Shown one piece after another: positions 22,831-32,888 of a stretch of DNA of 64,000 nt. Position 1 is the first letter of the stretch; the number at the start of each line of letters is the position of its first letter. The position numbers and the translations under genes were made by a program. Under the pieces are notes generated by a model that saw only the letters and a program-made list of their open reading frames with translations, was not told where the DNA came from and did not search any database. This DNA comes from Alphaproteobacteria bacterium (lineage in GTDB: Bacteria; Pseudomonadota; Alphaproteobacteria; GCA-2731375), in the NCBI GenBank assembly GCA_965225945.1, contig CBDDBZ010000032.1, positions 256,001 to 320,000 of the forward strand, read 5' to 3'.

Positions 22831-23296
22831 GGCGCCCCGCCTCCGCACCGTCGGCTACGAGGGCGCCGGCATCGCCCGCTTTCTCGCCACGCTGGCCGCC
22901 GCGGGAATCGAGGTGCTGATCGACGTCCGCGCCCGGCCCTGGTCGCGCAATCCCGATTTCGTGAAATGCAATCTCTTGGGCCATGTGACGGCGGCCGGCA
23001 TGGGGTATCGGCACCTGGAATTGCTGGGGAGCCCGGACGCGCTCAGGGCCGCCGCGCGCGCGAGCGATTGCGATGCCTTTCCGGCGGGCTACCTCCGCCA
23101 CCTGGAAACCCCGGCGGCGCGCCGCGCCAGCGAGCTCGTCGTCGAACTCGCCCGCGAGCGCGCCGTGGCATTGATGTGCATGGAGGCCGATCCCGCCCGC
23201 TGCCACCGCTCCCTTCTCGCCGGGTGGTTGGCGGAGAAATATGGCTTCCGCGTCGCGCACCTCCACTGCGACCGGCAGGCCGCCTTCGACTTCTGA
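22802..23296 (+). CDS. DUF488 protein (start uncertain)
   Basis: TVGYEG, LIDVRARPWSR and LMCMEADPARCHR motifs. Confidence 0.8.
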   Translation: MPSPATISAEAPRLRTVGYEGAGIARFLATLAAAGIEVLIDVRARPWSRNPDFVKCNLLGHVTAAGMGYRHLELLGSPDALRAAARASDCDAFPAGYLRHLETPAARRASELVVELARERAVALMCMEADPARCHRSLLAGWLAEKYGFRVAHLHCDRQAAFDF

Positions 23297-23493
23297 TGCC
23301 GCGCGGAAGGATGCGTCGGCGGGCAATTAACCCGGATTTCGGCGAACCGGCGCGGCATTCGAGCCCCGCGACATGGCAAGGTGACGCCCGGTCCGGGCCC
23401 TTCGCGGGCGAAAACGACGAGTCGCCGGCAGTATATCTTACGTCCCTATCTGGTTAACGTCCCTATCTGGTTAAAGCAGGATGGGCTCCGAAT

Positions 23494-23508
23494 GTTCTTG
23501 ATATGTTC
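23494..23508 (+). promoter_or_regulatory. Alphaproteobacterial LexA (SOS) box
   Basis: GTTC-TTGATAT-GTTC (GTTC-N7-GTTC), 54 bp upstream of the transposase ATG. Confidence 0.7.
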
Positions 23509-23561
23509 TCCATAGAGGTGTAGGCTGATCGCATCGGCTGGAGCTTTTGGAGGACTATTCG

Positions 23562-24487
23562 ATGAGCGGGATATTGGAGTTCCTCGAACGCCATGGATCG
23601 GAGGCGGACTGCATCGAGGCGCTGGCTCGGCTGCGCTGGCCGCAAGGCTACGTCTGCGCGCGTTGCGGCGAGAGGCGGAACTACCTTGAAGACGCGGCCG
23701 CGGGTGAATGGCCGGTTGCGGCCATTCGGTGACCGCGGGCACGTCTTCGTTGCGCAAATGGTTCCTGGCGGCTGGATGGGGCGCGAGCGCGGGGTCTCGG
23801 CGCTGTTTCTGTCGCGAGAGTTGAGCCTTACGACACCGCCTGGCTGATGGCCCCAAGCTGCGCCATGCCCTGACGGAGCGCCCGGAGTTCCCGCTGGAGG
23901 GCTTGGTCGAGGTCGACGAGAGCTATTACGGCGGGCGGGGCAAGCCGGAGAGCCGGGGGCGCGGGCTTTCCAACCCGAACAAGAGCCTGTTGGTGATGGC
24001 GGTCGAGAAGTGGCCGGTCGGGTCGGGCAAGGGCATCAAGGGGAGCGGCTTCGCCGCCGGCGCCGCGCGGCTCGCCATCCTGCCCGAGGCCACCGCCCGT
24101 GAGTTGGGCGACTTCGTGCGCGCCTCGGTGAAGCCGGGAAGCCGCCTCGACAGCGACGCTTTCAAGAGTTACGCCAAGCTTGGCGATACTTATCGCCACC
24201 AGCCCGTCGTTCAAGGCCAAGGCAAGAACGCCGAGCAGCTCATGCCGGTCGTCCATGTCCTGTTTTCCAACGTGAAGACGTGGCTCAACGGAACCTACCA
24301 CGGGGTGAGCGCCAAGCATTTGCCGCGCTACGTCCGGGAATGGAACTACCGCTTCAACCGGCGCAAACGCATCTTCGACCTTGCCGATTTCGTGTTGCAC
24401 CGCGCCATGACCCGACCGACCATCACCTACAGGGAACTGGTCGACGGTATACAATCGCAGGGAGCGCTGCCTGCCCTAACCGGATAG
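23562..24487 (+). pseudogene. IS1595 transposase, frameshifted
   Basis: Zn-ribbon start (RWPQGYVCARC), VEVDESYYGG, KHLPRYVREWNYRFNRR; ten small deletions relative to copy 2. Confidence 0.9.
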
Positions 24488-24604
24488 GGACGATATCTTA
24501 AATTCAGAATATGAAGGTATCGATCAAAGCATTGAAATGAATTGGCTTTCTTGAGCCGCGTGCGGCCGGTGGGATTTCGTTCTGCAAATTCTTCGATTTT
24601 TCTA

Positions 24605-24647
24605 TACGGCGGGCGGGGCAAGCCGGAGAGCCGGGGGCGCGGGCTTT
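24605..24647 (+). repeat. Isolated 43-bp exact copy of an internal IS1595 transposase segment
   Basis: Identical to 23927-23969; embedded in AT-rich DNA outside the IS. Confidence 0.9.
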
Positions 24648-24719
24648 ATATCCAATATACCGTATTTGCAGTACTATTAATAACTGATCTATTCTCTCAC
24701 CCCCGAGATGCGCACAATA

Positions 24720-24797
24720 GGGGTCAGCGCAAATGGGTGCCCCTTGACCGCTATGCAAAATGCAAGACCTGACCCCCAGCTTGTGACCCCCAGCTTG
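24720..24797. repeat. GGGGTCAG...CTGACCCC mini-element with a 14-bp tandem duplication
   Basis: Inverted 8-mers at 24720-24727 and 24769-24776; TGACCCCCAGCTTG x2 at 24770-24797. Confidence 0.8.
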
Positions 24798-24804
24798 CAG
24801 ATCT

Positions 24805-25335
24805 CAAGAACACAAGTCACCCGAATACTTTGTGATCAATCCCAACGGCGCGTTGCCGGCTTTAGTCGATCGCGATCTGAAACTATGGGAATCGAACGCG
24901 ATTCTGCAATATGCCGCAGACAAGGTTGGTGCGTCCGCAGCCTATCCCCAGGATCTTCAGGTGCGAGGGGATATCAACCGCTGGCTTTTGTGGGAGGCAA
25001 GCGCCTGGTTTCCAACCTGCTATGTGTATCTCGTGGAGAACTTCGCTAAGCCCCGATTAGGAGATCCGCCTGACCCGAAAGTCCTCGAAGCGGAAGCACC
25101 GAATTTCCATAAGCTCGCCGGCATTTTGGATACACGATTGGCCGGACAAGCATGGATCTGTACGACGCCGGACCCCACGATTGCCGACATCTTCATGGCT
25201 TCTCCCATGCATTTGGGTCATCGCCAAAAGTTGCCATTAGAGGAGTATCCGAACCTTCGCGCCTGGATGGGCCGGATCGAAGACCTGCCATGCTGAAAGA
25301 GCACGGACGTCACGTCCTTGCTGGGTCTGAACTAG
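24805..25335 (+). pseudogene. Glutathione S-transferase, 5'-truncated, with a premature TGA
   Basis: EHKSPEYFVINPNGALPAL...LWESNAILQY...TIADI; no N-terminus; LPC*KSTD, where TGA 25294 is probably a former TGG. Confidence 0.85.
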
Positions 25336-25464
25336 ACCTCTGAGAATTCCTACGCCGCATACCTTGGCGACGCGCGTTGATTTTTGATCGGGTACTGTTT
25401 GCGTAATGCCTCGGCGCAGCACCAAGTACCAAGATGGCTGGTTACAGGTAATGAGTGGGAACAG

Positions 25465-27153
25465 TCATTCCGGTAGTCCGGCTTGGTGCAGAAAATCAAG
25501 GAGGCGGCCGAGATCTTTTTGGTTCTTGAAAGGTAGTGTTCTGGAGAGGTTGCGAAGCGAGTATACGGGGTTCAATCCGAGTAGTTCCTTTACCTCGACC
25601 CTTGCCTCGTCAAGCCTACCCAAGGCTACAAGGGACGCCGCCAGACCGCCCCGATTGATTGGATTATCGGGACCCGAATTCAAGGCTTCTAAGAATGCTC
25701 TCTCTGCCTCTACATAATTGCCAAGAACAAATTGCGTACGGCCGAGTTGGCCGCTGTAAGAAGCCGGTAATTGTGGATTTATCTCCATGGCTATTTTCAT
25801 ATTGGCCAGGCCCTCTTCAGCACGCTCGGCATGTGTGAGGATGTGGCATAAGATTGCGTACCCATCAGCGCTATTTGGATTTAACTTTATGGCTCTTTGC
25901 AGGCTGTCAATTGCGCGGTCGTGAAGACGCACATGGAGTTCCGCCATGCCAAGCATCAGGTGACTGGCCGGCGCCTTGTCGTCTAACACGACGGTCTCTC
26001 GCGCTAGTTCATGGCTTTGCCTGAACGCACCTTCGATATCCTCGACCCATTGATACCCTCCTCGGTTAAGGTACACCCAGGCCAGCAACCTGTAAGCCCC
26101 GGCGAATCTTGGCGCCAAGTTCTTGGCTTTCTCACCTAGCTTGCGCGCTTCTTCGTTATCCGAGCGGGTGAAGCGCCGGTAATGGGCAAAACCCCGCGAA
26201 ACCAGGTCGTAGGCATTTGCGTGGTTCGGATCCCCGCCGATGGCCCGCGCCATGCCATCCTCAAAGATCAATTCACCAAGAGTGCTGGCAATAATCCGTG
26301 TGACCTCGTCCTGTACCTCGAAAGTATCTTTCAGATCACGATCGTAGCGCTCTGCCCACAAGTGAGTGCCGATCGTTCCGTCGATCAATTGGGCGGTGAT
26401 GCGAAGCCGCTGGCCGGCTCGACGTACGCTACCTTCCAGCACGTACCGAGCGCCGAGCTCCTGGGCAATTTTCGTAGGATCAGTCGGGCTGCCCTTATAA
26501 ATGAAAGTCGCGTTTCGGGCGATGACGTGAAAGCCCCTGTAGCGAGAGAGCTCGGTAATAATGTCTTCGGTGAGGCCGTCGGCGAAGGCCTCCTGCTCGG
26601 GATCGCCCGAAATGTTGTCGAAAGGCAGCACGGCGATGGAGGGCTTGTCGGGAAGGGAGAGTTCGACTTGTGCCGCGTCTTTCGTCGCTGTGTCGGCGGC
26701 CCAATGCCAAGTACGGACCGCTTGGGCAATATTCTTGAATTCCTGTTTCCCGCCATCCGTCAAGGCGAGATCGAGGCGTCCCCGTACCTGGCGCATGACG
26801 TCGTCGGAGATACAAATGCCCCCGGGCTTGGCCTCGCCCTCTAGGTGTGCGGCGATGTTGACGCCGTCCCCATGGATATCATCTCCATCGACCACCACAT
26901 CGCCAAGGTTAATACCAATGCGGATCTCTATGCGGCGGTCTTCGGGGACATCTGCATTACGTTCGATCATGGCCCGCTGGATAGTTACAGCACATTCGAC
27001 CGCTGCCACGGCGCTGGGGAACTCCACAAGGCGACTGTCGCCTGCGGTGCTGACCAGGCGTCCACCAAAGGCTTCGGTCGTCGGGTCCCAAAGTTCCGAC
27101 CTATGTGCCCGCATTGCCGCGAGGGTGCCGGCCTCATCCCCTGAAATCAGGCG
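25465..27153 (-). pseudogene. Adenylate/guanylate cyclase-TolB-like-TPR protein, N-terminus removed at the IS256 junction
   Basis: DEAGTL, AGDS, RIGINLGDV, GDGVNIAA, KPSIAVLPFDN, TPRs; the first catalytic Asp segment is missing. Confidence 0.85.
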
Positions 27154-27190
27154 GAGCAACCTGATGTGTGGAAATTCGGAACGCCGTTGA

Positions 27191-28369
27191 TCAGTCATCC
27201 TCTGCTTTCCAAGTGATGTAGGGTTTTTCGGTGGTTTCCCATTTCTCGTCGATTTCGACGAGGATGGCGGTGACCAGACGTTCGAGCGAGGCCTCGTTGG
27301 GAAAGACCCTGACCTTTACGGTGCGGCGCTTGATCTCCTGCTGGATGGATCGCTCCATGGGGTTCGAGGTTCGCATGCGCTTTTGGTGGCGCTCGGGCAG
27401 GGCGAAGACGGCGAGGCCCTCGGGGATCGCCGTCTCCAGCCAATCGGCGAGCTTGGGGGCGCTGTCGCGGTAGGCCGCCACCAGATGGCCCAGCTCGGCC
27501 TCGGCGGCCTTGCCGTCGGCGGCGTTCCAGACCCGGCGCAGCTCCTTGCCGATGGCCTTTCGGATGGCGAGGTTGGGGGCGTGATGGATGGCGTTTTGAG
27601 CCAGATGGTACTGACAGCGCTGCCAGACGGCGCCGCCGAGGACGGCCTTGCGCGCGGCGCCGAGGCCTGGATGATCATCGGAAACGATATAGGCGACACC
27701 GCGCATGCCACGGGCAACCAGGGTCTCCAGGAAGGCGCGCCAGTGCACTTCGGCCTCGGAGAGCGCACAGGAAACACCGAGCACCCGGCGGCGCTGGTCG
27801 GGGCCGATGCCGATCACCGAGAGCACGGCGGCGTCGCGCACCACGCCACCCTCTCGGACTTTCTCATAGCGCGCGTCGAGGAGCAGGTAGCGGATCTCGC
27901 CCAGCGGCCGGTTGCGCCAGGCATCCAGCTCCCCATCCAAGAGCTTGGCGGCGCGGCTGACCTGGCTCGACGACAGGCTCTCCAGGCCGAACTCGCGCAT
28001 CACCGCCTCGGCGTCACGGGTGGAGACGCCTTTGATATACATCTCCGCCACGGCCAGCATGACAGCGCGGCAGGAGCGCCGTCCGCGCTCCAGGGCTTGG
28101 GGGTAAAAAGGCGCCTCATGACCGGCGGTCTTGGGAACCTCGAGCCTCACCGTACCGGCCGGGGTGTCGATCTTCTTGGGTCTGGTGCCGTTGGCGTATC
28201 CCCGCCGCTCGGGCGTGCGCTCATAGTGGCCGGCGCCCAAGAACCTCTCCCGCTCGATCCGCATGGCGAGATTGAAAAGGCCGGCGAAGACCGTCGCCAT
28301 GTTCTCGCTACCGCCTTCGATCAATTGTTCCACCAAAGCCTCGACAGCGCTATCCTGGTCTTTCCGCAT
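27191..28369 (-). CDS. IS256-family transposase
   Basis: GYANG, GVSTRD, YLLLDARYEKVR, VSDDHPGL, WQRCQYH, RTSNPMER. Confidence 0.95.
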   Translation of the reverse strand: MRKDQDSAVEALVEQLIEGGSENMATVFAGLFNLAMRIERERFLGAGHYERTPERRGYANGTRPKKIDTPAGTVRLEVPKTAGHEAPFYPQALERGRRSCRAVMLAVAEMYIKGVSTRDAEAVMREFGLESLSSSQVSRAAKLLDGELDAWRNRPLGEIRYLLLDARYEKVREGGVVRDAAVLSVIGIGPDQRRRVLGVSCALSEAEVHWRAFLETLVARGMRGVAYIVSDDHPGLGAARKAVLGGAVWQRCQYHLAQNAIHHAPNLAIRKAIGKELRRVWNAADGKAAEAELGHLVAAYRDSAPKLADWLETAIPEGLAVFALPERHQKRMRTSNPMERSIQQEIKRRTVKVRVFPNEASLERLVTAILVEIDEKWETTEKPYITWKAEDD

Positions 28370-28421
28370 ACTGGTTCTCCATGTTTGTTTGGACGCTTTC
28401 ATGGATAACCAAAATGACGGA

Positions 28422-28457
28422 TCGCCCCGCGCCGGGGTATACCCCGGCGCGGGGCGA
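28422..28457. repeat. 36-bp perfect palindrome in the IS256 leader
   Basis: TCGCCCCGCGCCGGGGTA|TACCCCGGCGCGGGGCGA. Confidence 0.9.
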
Positions 28458-28611
28458 AGCCAAATTTCCAGACCTCACGCTACACAAGGTAGTCCATAGG
28501 AGGGGCCCGCGCGCGGGCCGACGCGCCCACCACGCGGCTGGCGGCGGACCGCGCGTGGGAGGTTCCTGTGGGCCCACCTGGGCGACCGGGCGGCAGGTGG
28601 ATCGGTTGCCT

Positions 28612-29340
28612 TTAGGACCGATTCTTGAAGCGCCAGGAGTCGTTTCCGGTCTCGATGATCTCGCAGTGGTGCGTCAGACGATCGAGGAGCGCGGTGGTCA
28701 TCTTGGCGTCGCCGAAGACGGACGGCCATTCGCCGAAGGTCAGGTTGGTGGTGACGATGATCGAGGTGCGCTCGTAGAGCCGGCTGACGAGGTGGAACAG
28801 CAGCTGGCCTCCGGTTTGGGCGAAGGGCAGGTAGCCGAGCTCGTCGAGGATGACGAGGTCGCGCCGGGCCAGCTGATCGGCGAGCCGGCCCTGGCGGCCG
28901 GCGCGGGCTTCGGCCTCGAGCCGGTTGACCAGGTCGACGACGTTGAAGAAGCGGCCCCGGGCGCCATCGCGGATGCAGGCCCGCGCGATGGCGACGGCGA
29001 GATGGCTCTTGCCGGTGCCGGTGCCGCCGATCAGCACGGCGTTGCGCTGGTTGGCCAGGAAGCCGCCGACCGCCAACTCGCGGACCAGCGGCTCGTTGAC
29101 CGGGGTGTCGGTGAAGTCGAAGTCGGCCAGCTCCTTGGCCAGCGGCAGCTTGGCGCCACTCATCTGGTACTTGATGGATCGCGCCTGCTTGTCGGCGATC
29201 TCGGCCTTCAACAGCTCGCCGATGATTCGCTGCATCGGATGCTGGCGCTTGAGGCCGTCGGCGAGCACCTCGTCGAACGCGTCGCGCATGCCGGCGAGCT
29301 TGAGTGCGGCCATCATCTCCAGGACCTCATGGCGCTCCAT
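28612..29340 (-). CDS. istB: IS21 helper ATPase IstB
   Basis: GGTGTGKSH Walker [23 protein letters not shown]. Confidence 0.96.
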   Translation of the reverse strand: MERHEVLEMMAALKLAGMRDAFDEVLADGLKRQHPMQRIIGELLKAEIADKQARSIKYQMSGAKLPLAKELADFDFTDTPVNEPLVRELAVGGFLANQRNAVLIGGTGTGKSHLAVAIARACIRDGARGRFFNVVDLVNRLEAEARAGRQGRLADQLARRDLVILDELGYLPFAQTGGQLLFHLVSRLYERTSIIVTTNLTFGEWPSVFGDAKMTTALLDRLTHHCEIIETGNDSWRFKNRS

Positions 29341-30632
29341 GGCCGACCCCCCTCAAGCGGTCGTAGCGGGTGCAATCGGCCACCGGCTCAAAGCGAAGAC
29401 GCAGGTTCGCGGGCGTCGGGATCGGCGCCGTCTCGGACGGCTGGCGCCGACGATTGAGGATGTTGAGCACGACGTCGGCGCTGCACACGCCGCCAGCGAG
29501 CGCCTCGGCACAGGCGGCCTCCACCGCCGCCAGCCCATCCGCCAGCACGGCGGTGAGGATCTCGACCATCTGCCTGTCGCCGTCGTCGTGGCCGGCGAGC
29601 CGGACGCGCACGCGACCCAGGGCGCCGGGCAGCGCCCAGTCCTTGAACGGCGCGCCGTTACGAAGCGCACCGGGCTTCCTCGCCAGCACGGGCACGTAGT
29701 GCCACGGGTCATAGACGGTCTGGTCGCGGCCGAAGCGCCGGGCATGCTCGGCGACGATCTCGCCGTCCTGGCGGATGACGATGCGATCGGCGTAGGCATG
29801 GACCTCGACCGGACGGCCGACGGCGCGCGCCGCCACGCTGTACTTGTTGCTGTCGAAGCGCACCAGGCAGGTCTTCGACACCGACGCCGGGACCGCGTGG
29901 AAGCCGTCGAACGGCCCGCGATAGCCGACCAGGGACGGACGCTCGTCCTCGAACACCTGCCAGACAGTCCTGTCCTTGAACACCGGGTGGGGATGACGCC
30001 GGGCGTAGGCGACGCACTGGTCCAAGAGCCAGGCGTTGAGCTCGTCGTAGGTCTTGAAGCGCAGCCGCGGGGTGAAGAACCGACCGCGGATGATCCCGAC
30101 CTGGTTCTCGACCTGCCCCTTCTCCCATCCCGCTCCCGGCGTGCATGCTGTCGGTTCGACCAGGTAGTGGCCACACATCTGCACGAAGCGCCGGTTGAAC
30201 GCGCGCTCCTTGCCGATGAGGACGGTCTGCACCGCCGTCTTCATGTTGTCGTAGATGCCTCGCCGGCAGGCACCCTGGAACAGCCGGAATGCCCGGCCGT
30301 GGGCGTCGAACACCATCTCCTGGCTCTCGCGCGGATAAGCGCGGACGAAGAATATTCCTTGCCTATCCGGTTATCACCCACACCCACTATATGTAGTGTG
30401 CACCCATTTTCCTGAGTAAAGCTCGGTGCAGGTCGAAGCGGAGATATCTCCGGCGATGCCGAGCAGGGACTCGGACGGCATTGTAGCGCCTTTTAGGCGA
30501 CACTTTAGCGTGGTGGAAATCCTAATCATTGAGTCGGATTTGGCAAAACGCCACGTTGCATAAAGGACCGTCACTTCATTGAAATTTATCTGAAATCGGA
30601 GGTGAACGACACCGATGGAATATTCCAGGAAA

Positions 30633-30941
30633 TCAGAGCTTCATTGAATTGTAGGATTCGAGTGCCGGATTATTCACAAATAGCTCTGTGAACTGGTTTT
30701 CAAGTTCGCTCAATACGCCATATGAAGTAAACGGATTGAGGATCACGTTCTTGCGTGTCGCTTCGTCTTCGCTGCGACTCAAAACGCGCAGGAGACTAAC
30801 AGGCGCGGACGGGTTCTTCGCAACGATTCGTGCCAGCGCGTCGCTTTCTTCGACTAGTGCCGTCAATCGCTCAGACGATGTCGTTTCATCAGCAGCTTCC
30901 CGTCTGGCCGTGGGTTTCTTCGTTTTTCCCTTGGTCGCCAC
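30633..30941 (-). CDS. Small LRV/HEAT-like repeat protein (cassette passenger)
   Basis: VAKNPSAPVSLLRVL, VILNPFTSYGVLSEL and FVNNPAL repeats; GGGGA RBS. Confidence 0.65.
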   Translation of the reverse strand: MATKGKTKKPTARREAADETTSSERLTALVEESDALARIVAKNPSAPVSLLRVLSRSEDEATRKNVILNPFTSYGVLSELENQFTELFVNNPALESYNSMKL

Positions 30942-31081
30942 CGTTCCGTCCCCCGATGTTAAATACGTGACGTGAATTAAACTCCGGTTCGGTTTTCAGA
31001 ACAATCAAGAATTAGCCGGATCGCCTCCTCAATGCGCCTGCGCCGGCCCTTGCCTGCAGTCCAAGGAGACACACTACATAT

Positions 31082-32010
31082 CGTCCCTATCCGGTTAAGG
31101 CAGGCAGCGCTCCCTGCGATTGTATACCGTCGACCAGTTCCCTGTAGGTGATGGTCGGTCGGGTCATGGCGCGGTGCAACACGAAATCGGCAAGGTCGAA
31201 GATGCGTTTGCGCCGGTTGAAGCGGTAGTTCCATTCCCGGACGTAGCGCGGCAAATGCTTGGCGCTCACCCCGTGGTAGGTTCCGTTGAGCCACGTCTTC
31301 ACGTTGGAAAACAGGACATGGACGACCGGCATGAGCTGCTCGGCGTTCTTGCCTTGGCCTTGAACGACGGGCTGGTGGCGATAAGTATCGCCAAGCTTGG
31401 CGTAACTCTTGAAAGCGTCGCTGTCGAGGCGGCTTCCCGGCTTCACCGAGGCGCGCACGAAGTCGCCCAACTCACGGGCGGTGGCCTCGGGCAGGATGGC
31501 GAGCCGCGCGGCGCCGGCGGCGAAGCCGCTCCCCTTGATGCCCTTGCCCGACCCGACCGGCCACTTCTCGACCGCCATCACCAACAGGCTCTTGTTCGGG
31601 TTGGAAAGCCCGCGCCCCCGGCTCTCCGGCTTGCCCCGCCCGCCGTAATAGCTCTCGTCGACCTCGACCAAGCCCTCCAGCGGGAACTCCGGGCGCTCCG
31701 TCAGGGCATGGCGCAGCTTGTGGGCCATCAGCCAGGCGGTGTCGTAGCGCAGGCTCAACTCTCGCGACAGAAACAGCGCCGAGACCCCGCGCTTGTCGCG
31801 CCCCATCCACCACGCCGCCAGGAACCATTTGCGCAACGGTGTGCGGGTGCGGTGGAAGACCGTGCCCGCGGTCACCGATTCCTGATGGCCGCAACCGGCG
31901 CATTCGAAGACCCGCGGCCGCGTCTTCAATTGGTAGTTCCGCCTCTCGCCGCAACGCGCCCAGACGTAGCCTTGCGGCCAGCGCAGCCGAGCCAGCGCCT
32001 CGATGCAGTC
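31082..32010 (-). mobile_element. IS1595-family element, copy 2, left end missing
   Basis: Near-identical to copy 1; TIR at 31082-31098; reading frame intact but 5' end lost and a Zn-ribbon Cys changed to Trp (YVWARC). Confidence 0.9.
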
Positions 32011-32888
32011 CGCCTGCGCCGGCCCTTGCCTGCAGTCCAAGGAGACACACTACATATAGTGGGTGTGGGTGATAACCGGATAGGCAAGGAACATTCGGCT
32101 GTGGCACAGCCGGACGTGCGCGACCTTGACCTTGGTCGTCACCCCCGCCAGCACCACGTACTCGTGGCTCCAGTCGAACTGATAGGCCTCGCCCGGCGAG
32201 AACACCAACGGCACATAGGTCTGCGCCGTCGATGCCGAACGGCGCCACCGCCACGCCTTGGCGTAGCGCCGCACCGCGTCGTAGCCGCCGCCATAGCCCA
32301 GGCCCTCGAGGGCTTCGGAGATCCGTAGCAGCGTCAGCCGCTCCCGCTTCGACTTGGTCTCGTTGGCCTCCAGCATCCGCTCCAGCTCGGCCGTCCACGG
32401 CCCCAGCTTCGGCATCGGCTGGACCCGCCGGTCGTAGGTGAACGCCGTCGCCTGCGAACGGATCACCTTGCGCACCGTGTTGCCCGAGACCTTCACGTCC
32501 CGCACGATCTCCTTGATCGGCTTCCCCTTGACGAAATACTCCCGCCGGATCCGCGCTATCGTCTCCACGACCAACATCCCCCACCACCTCGTCCGCCCAA
32601 AAACGAGGTGACTTGGACTAGCCAGGCTCAGGGGGTCAAATTTGGACGCCGATCACCCCTCAACAGGGGTCAACTTTGCACGCCGTTCCACAAGCTAAGT
32701 GTAGCGAAGAGGCGGACCCGCTCAAGGCTATACCGAACGTTGCGAAGATGCTTGAATGCCAACAAGCTCGGACGGCGACTCTTGGCTATCAATGACCGAA
32801 TCGGCCGAATCAGCGGCACGGGGAATATACCCCCAATCCCGATTTCCGGGGACACCGATGGAGTGCACCCCCTGGATGACACAAAGAA

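Larger units (their letters stand above)
23441..24492 (+). mobile_element. IS1595-family element, copy 1
   Basis: TIRs CGTCCCTATCtGGTTAA (tandemly doubled, 23441-23474) and cTAACCGGATAGGGACG; 8-bp TSD ATATCTTA at 23433-23440 and 24493-24500. Confidence 0.92.
27150..28488 (-). mobile_element. IS256-family element (ends approximate)
   Basis: Imperfect TIRs GCAACCTGATGTGTGGAAATTCGG and (rc) GTAGCGTGAGGTCTGGAAATTTGG; no TSD. Confidence 0.85.
30358..32088. mobile_element. Non-autonomous IS1595-related cassette (MIC/MITE-like) with passenger DNA
   Basis: 43-bp perfect TIRs (30358-30400 and 32046-32088); 8-bp near-TSD GAATATTC / GAACATTC; TIR tip 14/16 identical to the IS1595 TIR. Confidence 0.88.
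29327..32577 (-). pseudogene. istA: IS21 transposase IstA split by an insertion at SRMF|FVRAYP
   Basis: N-part (32089-32577: PGEAYQFDW, RLCHSRMF) and C-part (29327-30357: YDNMKTAV, WEKGQVEN) join seamlessly once 30358-32096 is removed. Confidence 0.92.
28489..32692 (-). mobile_element. IS21-family element, interrupted, right end missing
   Basis: Left end TGTGGAACGGCGTGCAAAGTTGACCCC with an internal repeat (32632-32692); istA and istB present; no matching right end before the IS256. Confidence 0.88.

Noticed and set aside
25291-25299. In-frame TGA in the GST as selenocysteine
   Set aside because: The position fits the usual C-terminal Trp (TGG to TGA), no clear SECIS follows, and the gene is already 5'-truncated.
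30374-30574. Second passenger ORF in the cassette
   Set aside because: It runs into the TIR and has no RBS or recognisable motif.
32632-32692. GGGGTCAA motifs as part of the GGGGWCAG system
   Set aside because: They are the standard repeated transposase-binding sites of the IS21 left end.
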